DNA from: Acidobacteriota bacterium
Lineage (GTDB): Bacteria; Acidobacteriota; Vicinamibacteria; Vicinamibacterales; JAKQTR01
NCBI GenBank assembly: GCA_026393755.1
Contig: JAPKZO010000029.1
Span: forward strand, 16,490 to 80,489
Length of the DNA stretch: 64,000 bases
Direction: 5' to 3'
Each line of letters opens with the position of its first letter. The first letter of the stretch is position 1. The notes beneath the pieces were generated by a model. That model was not told the DNA's origin. It saw only the letters and a program-made list of their open reading frames with translations, and made no database searches. Positions 29,320-37,333 of the stretch are shown piece by piece. A program made the position numbers and the translations under genes.

Positions 29320-29404
29320 TCGGGACATCACTGGACCGGCGATAGGGCGGAACACCTCGTCGGCGGACGCTTCGGCGTCGGCCTCGCAAAGGAAGGAAGA
29401 TCCG

Positions 29405-29752
29405 ATGGCTATCACGAATCCAATGATTCCGCCAGCCGAGGCGCTGCGGCTTCAGTCGCTCGTCAGCCCCACCGAACACGGAATAGCCAGTCGCGTGCTG
29501 GCGAAGACCAGCGGCGGCAACATCACCCTCTTTGCGTTCGACGCGGGGCAGGGGCTCACCGAGCACACGTCGCCATTTGATGCGCTCGTGATGGTCCTCG
29601 AAGGCGCGCTCACTCTGACAATCGGCGGCACGCCCGTCCGGGCGACGCCGGACACCATCGTGCGCATGCCCGCAGACGTTCCACACGCGCTTGATGCATC
29701 AGAGCCAACGCGAATGCTGCTCATCATGTTGCGGGATCTCAAGGCGGCGTGA
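29405..29752 (+). CDS. Cupin domain protein
   Basis: Raw ORF trimmed to ATG 29405 (SD 'AAGGAAGGA'). 115 aa, with 'GLTEHTSPFDALVMVLEG...VRMPADVPHAL' in cupin motif-like spacing. Confidence 0.7.
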   Translation: MAITNPMIPPAEALRLQSLVSPTEHGIASRVLAKTSGGNITLFAFDAGQGLTEHTSPFDALVMVLEGALTLTIGGTPVRATPDTIVRMPADVPHALDASEPTRMLLIMLRDLKAA

Positions 29753-29853
29753 GGCGCGACGCGGTCGGTCGTCACACCAAGAGCGTGCCTCTCCGACCCG
29801 TCCCTTGACGTCGAGACGCCGTGGTGCGAGAACACGGGATAGAGGACGAAGAG

Positions 29854-31281
29854 ATGTCGAACAAACAACCCTCGACAGCAGAGGACCCGGTGAAAACCCG
29901 CGCCGAAACCGATTCCATGGGAGACATCGCCGTTCCCGCCGACAAGTACTGGGGCGCGCAGACGCAACGGTCCTTTGAGAACTTCAAGATCGGGACCGAG
30001 CGGATGCCGTTGCCTCTCATCCGGGCGTTGGGCGTGCAGAAGAAGGCAGCCGCCCTCGCCAACATGGAACTGGGCATTCTCGACACGACCCTCGGGACGG
30101 CCATCGCGGCGGCCGCGCAGGAGGTGATGGACGGCGCCCTGAACGACCACTTCCCGCTCGTCGTCTGGCAGACAGGCTCAGGCACCCAGACCAACATGAA
30201 TGCCAACGAAGTGATTGCCAATCGCGCCATCGAGATTCTGGGCGGGCGACTCGGTTCCAGGTCACCTGTCCATCCCAACGACCACGTGAACCTGGGGCAA
30301 TCCTCGAACGATTCATTTCCGACGGCGATGCATATTTCCGCCGTCGAGGAGTTGGACCACGAGTTGATCCCCGCGTTGGAGCACTTGCAAAACGAGCTGC
30401 AAGGCAAGGCCGTCGCGTTCAAGGACATCGTGAAGATCGGCCGCACACATCTTCAGGACGCGACGCCGGTGACGCTGGGCCAGGAGTTTTCCGGCTACGC
30501 GACCCAGGTCAAGTACGGCATCGCCCGAGTCGAGTCTTGCCTGCCACGTCTATCCCAGCTCGCGCAGGGGGGAACGGCGGTCGGCACCGGGTTGAACTGC
30601 ACGAACGGCTTTGCGGAGCTGTTTGCCACACATGTCTCCCGGATTACGGCGCTCCCCTTCACCACCGCCGAGAACAAGTTCGAGGCCATGGCCGCCCACG
30701 ACGCCATTGTGGAAGCCTCCGGCAGCTTGAACACCCTGGCGTGCTCCCTCATGAAGATTGCGAACGACATCCGGCTGCTGGCGTCGGGCCCGCGCTGCGC
30801 GATCGGCGAAATTCACCTGCCGGAGAACGAACCCGGCTCGTCCATCATGCCGGGCAAGGTGAATCCGACACAGGCCGAGGCCATGACCATGGTCTGCGCG
30901 CAGGTGATCGGAAACCACACAACGATCTCAATTGCCGGCAGCAACGGCCACCTGGAACTCAATGTCTTCAAGCCCGTCATGATTTACAGCCTGTTGCAGT
31001 CGATCCGCCTGCTGGCCGACGCCTGCCGCAGCTTCGCAGACCACTGCATCGCGGGCATCGAGGTCAACCAGGAGCGCATCGACGAACTGCTGGGCCGCAG
31101 TTTGATGCTGGTGACGGCGCTCAGCCCTGTCATCGGCTACGACAACGCCGCCAGAATCGCCAAAGCGGCGCACCACGGCGGCAAGACGCTGAAGGAAGCC
31201 GCTCTCGAGCTGGGATTGCTGACAGCAGAGCAATTCGACAGAGCCGTTCGCCCTGAGGAAATGATCGGGCCGAAGGATTAA
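29854..31281 (+). CDS. fumC: Class II fumarate hydratase
   Basis: Fumarate-lyase signature '[16 protein letters not shown]'. Also '[16 protein letters not shown]' and '[14 protein letters not shown]'. 475 aa from ATG 29854. Confidence 0.95.
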   Translation: MSNKQPSTAEDPVKTRAETDSMGDIAVPADKYWGAQTQRSFENFKIGTERMPLPLIRALGVQKKAAALANMELGILDTTLGTAIAAAAQEVMDGALNDHFPLVVWQTGSGTQTNMNANEVIANRAIEILGGRLGSRSPVHPNDHVNLGQSSNDSFPTAMHISAVEELDHELIPALEHLQNELQGKAVAFKDIVKIGRTHLQDATPVTLGQEFSGYATQVKYGIARVESCLPRLSQLAQGGTAVGTGLNCTNGFAELFATHVSRITALPFTTAENKFEAMAAHDAIVEASGSLNTLACSLMKIANDIRLLASGPRCAIGEIHLPENEPGSSIMPGKVNPTQAEAMTMVCAQVIGNHTTISIAGSNGHLELNVFKPVMIYSLLQSIRLLADACRSFADHCIAGIEVNQERIDELLGRSLMLVTALSPVIGYDNAARIAKAAHHGGKTLKEAALELGLLTAEQFDRAVRPEEMIGPKD

Positions 31282-31312
31282 CCCGCAGAGGAGTAGTATG
31301 GTGCCAGGAGCG

Positions 31313-31335
31313 GGGCCGGGATGGGACGCCGGCCC
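31313..31335 (+). terminator. Hairpin downstream of fumC
   Basis: 7-bp stem GGGCCGG / CCGGCCC with a 9-nt loop, 32 nt after the fumC stop. No T-tract. Confidence 0.3.
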
Positions 31336-31383
31336 GACGATTCTCCATTGCCGACGCAACTATCCGGTTCGTGAGGAGACGCC

Positions 31384-32814
31384 ATGAGAGAAATAGCCAC
31401 CGCAGTCATGCGCTACGCCTTCGCGAAGAGCCTCTATGCGGGACAGGAGATCGCCAAGATCGCCGGCTTCCCGGAGAAGCACGTGAACCCCAAGAATCCG
31501 CCGGCGCCAGGACCGAACGGTGAGGACCCCGACACGTTTTCCGGTCAGCTCTACAGGAGCACGAAGCGGACCGTCGAGAAGTTTGGCGATCCAGCCGCGG
31601 TGATGTTCATTGCGGGCGACGAATATCAGAGCAAGGCGGTCGACATGATGTTCGACGTGCTGACGCTCAAAGCCATGGATCCCGCTTATTGGGTGAAAGT
31701 GACAGACCATCTGCTGACTCAGGGCAAGCTCGCGGCGGACGCGACCCTCGGACAGCAGGAAGGCATCCACTCCCAGCAGGCGAAGAACACCCGGAACGTC
31801 TTCACTCTGGTGAGAAACAACCCGGAAAGGATCGGCATCCCGAAGTCCGGCGAATTCGACCTGGCCACGTTCATGGACAAGGCGTACGGCATCGGAGACT
31901 ACGAGAACATCTGGTCGGTCGAGGGACTTGGCCACGTGTACTCGCTACGGACATGGAACCTGCAATGGGATTGCAGCGAAGACGCCCATGGCATTCTGAT
32001 TGACGGCCAGGCCGCCGGCATGCCGGACAAGTCGCTGACGATGATGCACGCCGGCCTTGGCCTGTGCCTTGCCGAATCGCTGATGAAGCAGTTGACGCCG
32101 GACAGCAGCACGAGGGAAACCGAGCGGGTCCTGAAGGCGTTCATCAAGTTGTGCCAGAACAATTCCCGCCCGGGATACGTGGGCTGTGCGCTGGAGTCGC
32201 TGGGGCTGGTGACGCGCTGCTTCAACTACCCGATGGTCGGCCTCGTAGAGAAGGTCCTGGCCGATATTGACGAGACGGCATGGGAGTTCTTCTGGCGCGG
32301 CGCCGGGCGAGCCCTCTACTTCTCGCCTGGCCACATGGTGCAACCGCTGTACTCTCCGTGGATTGCGGCCGAGGCGGAAGCGCCGAATGATCGCGTGCTC
32401 AACATTCTCAAGGCGGGCATCTCCTGGCCGACCAACATCGTCAACATGAAGAAGCCGGCCATCTTCGAAGATCTGATCAAGCGGCGCGGCGAGGAGGAAG
32501 AAGACGCTGGAACGATTGCGCACGGCGTCGGCGCCTCCACGACGATGGCGATGGACATCACGCCGAATCACCCGCTGGTCAAGCAGTACCTGGAGTACGT
32601 GCCCGCGAGTTCGGATCAGAAGGTGAAGGACCGCTGGGCCAAGATGGTGCACGACCCCGTCTACAAGGCCGTACACCGCTATCAGCCCGTGCTCAAGGCG
32701 CACAACATGATGGACCAGGTGTTCCGCTTCCAGGACCTGGATGCGCTGGTGGACCGCCTGGATCCGCCAACTGAGCATAAGGCTGAACACAAGAAGGCGA
32801 AAAAGAACGAATAA
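31384..32814 (+). CDS. Hypothetical protein, 476 aa, no family recognised
   Basis: SD 'GAGGAG' upstream of the ATG. Good coding appearance, with visibly more A/T-ending and Lys/Glu/Asn codons than its neighbours. Periodic small-residue motifs. Lys-rich tail 'EHKAEHKKAKKNE'. Confidence 0.6.
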   Translation: MREIATAVMRYAFAKSLYAGQEIAKIAGFPEKHVNPKNPPAPGPNGEDPDTFSGQLYRSTKRTVEKFGDPAAVMFIAGDEYQSKAVDMMFDVLTLKAMDPAYWVKVTDHLLTQGKLAADATLGQQEGIHSQQAKNTRNVFTLVRNNPERIGIPKSGEFDLATFMDKAYGIGDYENIWSVEGLGHVYSLRTWNLQWDCSEDAHGILIDGQAAGMPDKSLTMMHAGLGLCLAESLMKQLTPDSSTRETERVLKAFIKLCQNNSRPGYVGCALESLGLVTRCFNYPMVGLVEKVLADIDETAWEFFWRGAGRALYFSPGHMVQPLYSPWIAAEAEAPNDRVLNILKAGISWPTNIVNMKKPAIFEDLIKRRGEEEEDAGTIAHGVGASTTMAMDITPNHPLVKQYLEYVPASSDQKVKDRWAKMVHDPVYKAVHRYQPVLKAHNMMDQVFRFQDLDALVDRLDPPTEHKAEHKKAKKNE

Positions 32815-32846
32815 CGCTTGACCGGCGGCGGTGGCGATCAGGTACA

Positions 32847-34010
32847 GTGTGCAGGCGTACAATGCCGACATCTGTCACTCTGATCGCCGGGCTCTGGCTG
32901 ATGGCCTGGTCGCCTTCGGGCGGCGTTCCCCAATTTGGATCGGCGGGGATTGCCGGGCCGTCAGGTCTGCACGCGGCGGCCGGTCCCGCGCGCGAGAACC
33001 CGGCGGCGCTGCTCGACCTGACAGACGAGGAATTGAAGCAGCGGGTCGAGTCCGATCTGCCTTCCCTGGGTTCGTTGAGCATCGGCACGCCGTCGGGCGC
33101 CATCCTGATCAACGCCGTGAATCTGTCGGAAGGGCCCGGCCTGGCGATTGCACCGTCCGCCGACACATGGGGCACCTCGGAGACGATTGCCGGCATCCAA
33201 ACGGCCGTCAACAAGGTCCACGAACTGTTCCCAGACGCCCAGTCAATTGTGGTCGGCGATCTCAGTTATGCCGATGGCGGGCGCATGAAGCGCCACGGGT
33301 CGCATCAGGCCGGACGGGACGCCGACCTCGGGTTCTACTACGCGGGCGGGCAGCGGAAGTGGTTCGAAGTCGGTACGGCCGCCAATCTGGACTTGCCGAA
33401 GAACTGGGCGCTGGTCAGGGCGCTGGTCACCTGCACGGATGTCGAAGCCATCTTCCTCGACACGCGAATCCAGAAACTGCTCTACAAGTATGCGTTGAGC
33501 ATCTCTGAAGACAAGGACTGGCTCGATCGCATCTTTCAGTTCTCGCGAGGGTCCAGAAACGCCATCATCAGCCACGTTCCGCTCCACCGGACGCACTATC
33601 ACGTCAGGTTCTACAATCCGGTGGCCCAGGAGCTTGGGCGGAGGGCGTTTCCGTACCTGGTTGAAGCCAAGATTGTCCGGCCGCCGGTATCCACAGTGCG
33701 GCACGTGGTCCAACCCGGCCAGACGCTCGGACATCTGGCGGCCCGGTACGGCACCTCGATCCGGGCTATCCAGCAGGCCAATGGGCTGACCACGACACAA
33801 CTTCGTGCCGGACGGGCATACCGCATTCCTGTGCGGGCTGCGGCTCCGCCGATCGCGCCGATTGTGGTCCCGCTCCGCATGCTGCCCACGCAGACACCGG
33901 CGGCGATGGCCGCCGCCGAGTGGCCAACCATGCTCTCGCTGTACGGGGACCGCCTGGGCGCGTTGATGGAGTTCCCGATCCTCTGGCCGGCCGCGTTTCC
34001 CCGATTCTGA
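32847..34010 (+). CDS. Penicillin-insensitive murein endopeptidase (MepA/M74-like) with C-terminal LysM domain
   Basis: 'HGSHQAGRDADLGFYY' and 'HRTHYHVRFYNP' (His/Asp metal-ligand regions). LysM 'HVVQPGQTLGHLAARYGTSIRAIQQANGL'. The start could instead be ATG 32862. Confidence 0.7.
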   Translation: MCRRTMPTSVTLIAGLWLMAWSPSGGVPQFGSAGIAGPSGLHAAAGPARENPAALLDLTDEELKQRVESDLPSLGSLSIGTPSGAILINAVNLSEGPGLAIAPSADTWGTSETIAGIQTAVNKVHELFPDAQSIVVGDLSYADGGRMKRHGSHQAGRDADLGFYYAGGQRKWFEVGTAANLDLPKNWALVRALVTCTDVEAIFLDTRIQKLLYKYALSISEDKDWLDRIFQFSRGSRNAIISHVPLHRTHYHVRFYNPVAQELGRRAFPYLVEAKIVRPPVSTVRHVVQPGQTLGHLAARYGTSIRAIQQANGLTTTQLRAGRAYRIPVRAAAPPIAPIVVPLRMLPTQTPAAMAAAEWPTMLSLYGDRLGALMEFPILWPAAFPRF

Positions 34011-34094
34011 TTTGTTTGTGTCCTCAATGTGAGACAGTTCTTGCGCGGGTAGGGAGTTTCCGCACTGATTGCCAAGGAATCACGCTATTCAGGG

Positions 34095-34109
34095 TGGCAC
34101 GCTCGTTGC
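34095..34109 (+). promoter_or_regulatory. Sigma-54 (RpoN) -24/-12 promoter candidate
   Basis: Intergenic 'TGGCACGCTCGTTGC' matches the consensus TGGCACG-N4-TTGC at every specified position. It lies 96 bp upstream of ATG 34205 and in the same orientation. Confidence 0.55.
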
Positions 34110-34204
34110 GATGTACGTGGTTGCCAGCCTGCACTGGCCAGACGCGGTCACTGGAGGCACGCGTCGGACGGGTTAACCAGCGGGCGGCGAACGGGGAGGT
34201 CATC

Positions 34205-35035
34205 ATGAACATCAACAGAGCGACTGCAACGGGTGTAGTGATGCTGGCGCTGGCCGTCAGCGCGATTCCTGCCCTCGCGGCATCGAGCGATCAGAACGGG
34301 CGCGACCGCCGGCAGGGGCAGACGGCTCGAGTACAGCCAAACAACGGCGGAAGCGCCACTCGCGCACAGGCCAACAGCGACCGCGCGAACGGGCGCCAGG
34401 CCCGCGGGGCCGGCCAAGCCGAGGCGCCTCGAGATGTGGCGGTTCAGCGCGTTGCGCCGCGCGTCCAATCCAGCGCTCAGACCGCTGCGCGACAGACCGC
34501 GCCTCGCCAGTACGACACGCGACAGACCGCGCCTCGCCAGTACGACACGCGGCAGTACGCGTCTCGCCAGTACGACACGCGGCAGTACGCGTCTCGCCAG
34601 TACGATACGCGCCGGTACGACAACCGCTCGTACTCGAACGGTGGATATGGTGGATACAGCGGATATGGTTATCGCCCGTATATCTCCCGCCCGAGGGTGC
34701 GCTTCGGCCTTGGCATCTCGATCTTTGCGGGAAGTCCGTATGGTTTCCGCTTCGACTACGGATGGGCGCCTTCATACGCCTATCGATTCCCGATGAGGCA
34801 AGGCATCGGTTATGGCGGCATGAGCTTCCTCATCGACCCGGACGACGCGGCGGTCTACGTTGACGGTCAGTTCATCGGGATCGCCCGGGACTTCGACGGG
34901 CAACCGGTGCCACTCGCGGCGGGGATGCACGAGATTGAATTGCAAGCCGAGGGCTGCGAGCCGGTCGCGTTCGACATCACCGTGAGGCCGGGGCAGGTGA
35001 TCCCTTACCGCGGCAGTCTGATGGCGTATCGCTAA
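34205..35035 (+). CDS. Secreted repeat protein with C-terminal PEGA-like domain
   Basis: Raw ORF trimmed to ATG 34205 (SD 'GGGGAGG'; signal peptide 'MNINRATATGVVMLALAVSAIPALA'). RQYDT decapeptide repeats, a Gly/Tyr tract, and PEGA-like 'AAVYVDGQFIGIA...GMHEIELQAEGCEPVAFDITV'. Confidence 0.7.
   Translation: MNINRATATGVVMLALAVSAIPALAASSDQNGRDRRQGQTARVQPNNGGSATRAQANSDRANGRQARGAGQAEAPRDVAVQRVAPRVQSSAQTAARQTAPRQYDTRQTAPRQYDTRQYASRQYDTRQYASRQYDTRRYDNRSYSNGGYGGYSGYGYRPYISRPRVRFGLGISIFAGSPYGFRFDYGWAPSYAYRFPMRQGIGYGGMSFLIDPDDAAVYVDGQFIGIARDFDGQPVPLAAGMHEIELQAEGCEPVAFDITVRPGQVIPYRGSLMAYR
34491..34621 (+). repeat. In-frame 30-bp tandem repeat, 4 full units plus a partial fifth
   Basis: Units at 34491-34520 and 34521-34550 are identical. 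Units at 34551-34580 and 34581-34610 differ by 1 nt. They encode RQTAPRQYDT x2 and RQYASRQYDT x2, followed by RRYD. Confidence 0.95.
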
Positions 35036-35061
35036 GTCCGACCGCACTCTGCGCAACTTCT

Positions 35062-35105
35062 ATCGGCGTCTCACGCCCGGGTGAGACGCCGATTGTCGTG
35101 TTGTT
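35062..35105 (+). terminator. Rho-independent terminator after the PEGA-protein gene
   Basis: Perfect 13-bp stem ATCGGCGTCTCAC / GTGAGACGCCGAT with loop GCCCGG, followed by the T-rich run 'TTGTCGTGTTGTT'. It starts 27 nt after the stop codon. Confidence 0.7.
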
Positions 35106-35156
35106 CGCGCCAACCAAGGTAGAATGCGCACTTCATCCGGGGGGGCTAGACACTCA

Positions 35157-36431
35157 ATGGCAGACGCACCAGTTCCCACACAATCAGCACTGCGCACCGC
35201 ACTCGCCGGACTGATCGGCAACGTGCTCGAGTGGTTTGATTTTGCCGTCTACGGCTACTTCGCAAGCGACATCGGCAAGCAGTTCTTCACGCAGTCGAGC
35301 CACACCGCCCAGCAGTTTCTGACCTTCGGCACCTTTGCGCTCGGCTTTCTCGCGCGGCCAATCGGCAGCCTCGTGCTGGGCCGGATCGGCGATCGCATCG
35401 GCCGCCGGGCACTGCTGACGCTCTCGATTGCGCTGATGGGCTCTGCCACGCTCATCCTTGGCCTGCTGCCGACCTACGATCAGATTGGCGTGGCGGCCCC
35501 GCTCCTGCTGGTGTCGATGCGGCTCATCCAGGGCTTCTCGCTTGGCGGCGAGTTCACCGGATCGATGGTTTATACCACCGAGGGATCGTCGCCTCTGATG
35601 CGCGGCCTCGTTAGCAGTTCGACGGCCGCCGGCACCACGATCGGCTTCATTCTCGGATCGGGGACGGCGTGGCTCGTAAACGCGTCGCTGCCACCCGATC
35701 AGGTCACCACCTGGGGCTGGCGCATTCCGTTTGTCGGGAGCGTCGTGTTCCTGATTGTCGGATATCTGCTGCGGCGCGGCATCATCGAAACAGCGGAAGG
35801 TCTCAAGGCCAGGATGATCCGGCCGAAGCTCCTGCCTTCGCTCCTGGGCGACTGGCTGCCCATCATCCAGACGTTCGGCATTGTGGCGATGACCAACGCG
35901 GCGTACTACCTGACGTTTACGTACGCGGTGGAACGGCGGAAGAGCCTGGCCACGGCACACGGCTCGGAGTTTCTGCTGGCGAACACCCTCACCCTGGTCG
36001 TGGTACTTCTGTCGAAGCCGCTGGGCGGCTGGCTGTCCGACAAGATCGGGCGCCGGCGGCAGATGATACTGCTCACGGTCGCGGTGATGGCGCTGATCTA
36101 CCCCGCGCTCCAGATGATGCTCTACGGCACCCCCGGTGCGTTCATCGTCGGGCAGCTCTTGGTCGCGGTGCCGATTGGCATGGCGCTGGGCATGCAGGGA
36201 GCGATGGTGGTGGAGATCTTTCCCCTGCGCTCGCGCGTGACATCGATGAGCTTCGCGTACAGCATCACGCTGGCGCTCGCCGGCGGCAGCGCGCCGCTCG
36301 TATCAGCATGGCTCATCGAGACGCTTGGCCACCCCCTCGCGCCGGCGTACTACATCATGCTGTACGGCGCGATCGGCCTGGCCATCATGTGGCCGATGTC
36401 GGAAACCAACACGCGCCGCCTGGACGAGTAG
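35157..36431 (+). CDS. MFS transporter (metabolite:H+ symporter, ProP/KgtP-like)
   Basis: Start set to ATG 35157. Family-typical 'GNVLEWFDFAVYGYFA' and 'LGRIGDRIGRR'. 12 hydrophobic segments. Confidence 0.85.
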   Translation: MADAPVPTQSALRTALAGLIGNVLEWFDFAVYGYFASDIGKQFFTQSSHTAQQFLTFGTFALGFLARPIGSLVLGRIGDRIGRRALLTLSIALMGSATLILGLLPTYDQIGVAAPLLLVSMRLIQGFSLGGEFTGSMVYTTEGSSPLMRGLVSSSTAAGTTIGFILGSGTAWLVNASLPPDQVTTWGWRIPFVGSVVFLIVGYLLRRGIIETAEGLKARMIRPKLLPSLLGDWLPIIQTFGIVAMTNAAYYLTFTYAVERRKSLATAHGSEFLLANTLTLVVVLLSKPLGGWLSDKIGRRRQMILLTVAVMALIYPALQMMLYGTPGAFIVGQLLVAVPIGMALGMQGAMVVEIFPLRSRVTSMSFAYSITLALAGGSAPLVSAWLIETLGHPLAPAYYIMLYGAIGLAIMWPMSETNTRRLDE

Positions 36432-36494
36432 CAGAAGAATCCGTTTCTGAACCGCGGCGCGAGAATGGATGCCGGCCTGACGGATCCGCGATCT

Positions 36495-37175
36495 CTACTT
36501 CGGCCCGAGCACTTTGGCGATTTCGGCTTCGAGTGTGCTGCCGGCGGGAACGCGTTCGACGACACGCCCGAGCTCCTGTCCGCCACGGAAGAACACGAAC
36601 GTCGGCACCCGCGTGATGCCCCACTTTTCAGTGAGCCCTTCGCTGTCTTTCTTTGTCCGATCCACCCCAACCATGGTCAACGTTGAATCGGAGACGCCGG
36701 CCGCGTCCATGACCGTGAAGTAGCGCGGCAACTCACGTTTGCTGTCCGGGCACCAGGTGGCCATAATGAGCAGCACCGTGACGTCTTGTGCGCCCGACTT
36801 GATGGCGGCGACGGCTGTTTCGTCGGGTACGTATGGTGCTGCCGCGAACAGCGGCTTCCATGATTCATACGCCTTGAGACTGGCGCGCGAGAGGTGGCCG
36901 AGCAGCGGCGGCGGAGCGGGTGGCCTCGGTTTTGTTGCCAGCGGCGTTGCTGCCGGGGCTGCGCCTGGCTGTGCCGCGGTGGGAGGAGATGGTACGGGCT
37001 GGGCCGGCGGCCTCGCGGATGCGGCACCTGTCGGCGGTGCCGGCGACGGCGTGGTGGCAGGCGGCGCTTTGGGTCCGCATGCCGCCGACAGCAACAACAC
37101 GACGCACATTAGAACCGGGGCGGCCAGCGAGAGCTGGCAGAAGCGATCAGGACAAGACCAATGACGTCCGTGCAC
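36495..37175 (-). CDS. Thioredoxin-fold lipoprotein with monothiol 'WCPDS' motif and Pro/Ala-rich linker
   Basis: Lipobox-like 'LLLSAAC'. About 80-aa P/A-rich linker. Trx-fold 'LLIMATWCPDSKRELP...ITRVPTFVFF'. The start could be the internal Met (37109). Confidence 0.65.
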   Translation of the reverse strand: MHGRHWSCPDRFCQLSLAAPVLMCVVLLLSAACGPKAPPATTPSPAPPTGAASARPPAQPVPSPPTAAQPGAAPAATPLATKPRPPAPPPLLGHLSRASLKAYESWKPLFAAAPYVPDETAVAAIKSGAQDVTVLLIMATWCPDSKRELPRYFTVMDAAGVSDSTLTMVGVDRTKKDSEGLTEKWGITRVPTFVFFRGGQELGRVVERVPAGSTLEAEIAKVLGPK

Positions 37176-37333
37176 AGCGCACTCCTCGGAAGCGGGGCCG
37201 TGGCAGGGAGGATACCACCGACACGACCATCATGAGATATGCTCTGCACGTTCTGCGGCCCCGGACAGAACCATCGGATCGCCTCGCAAGCGCACGCATC
37301 CGTCATTGCGAGTCGTCGCACCAAGGAGGATCA

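Noticed and set aside
34491-34621. Possible CRISPR array (regular ~30-bp repeats)
   Set aside because: The repeats are directly contiguous with no spacers. They are in frame inside a CDS with a signal peptide and a PEGA domain, and no cas genes are present. This is a coding tandem repeat.
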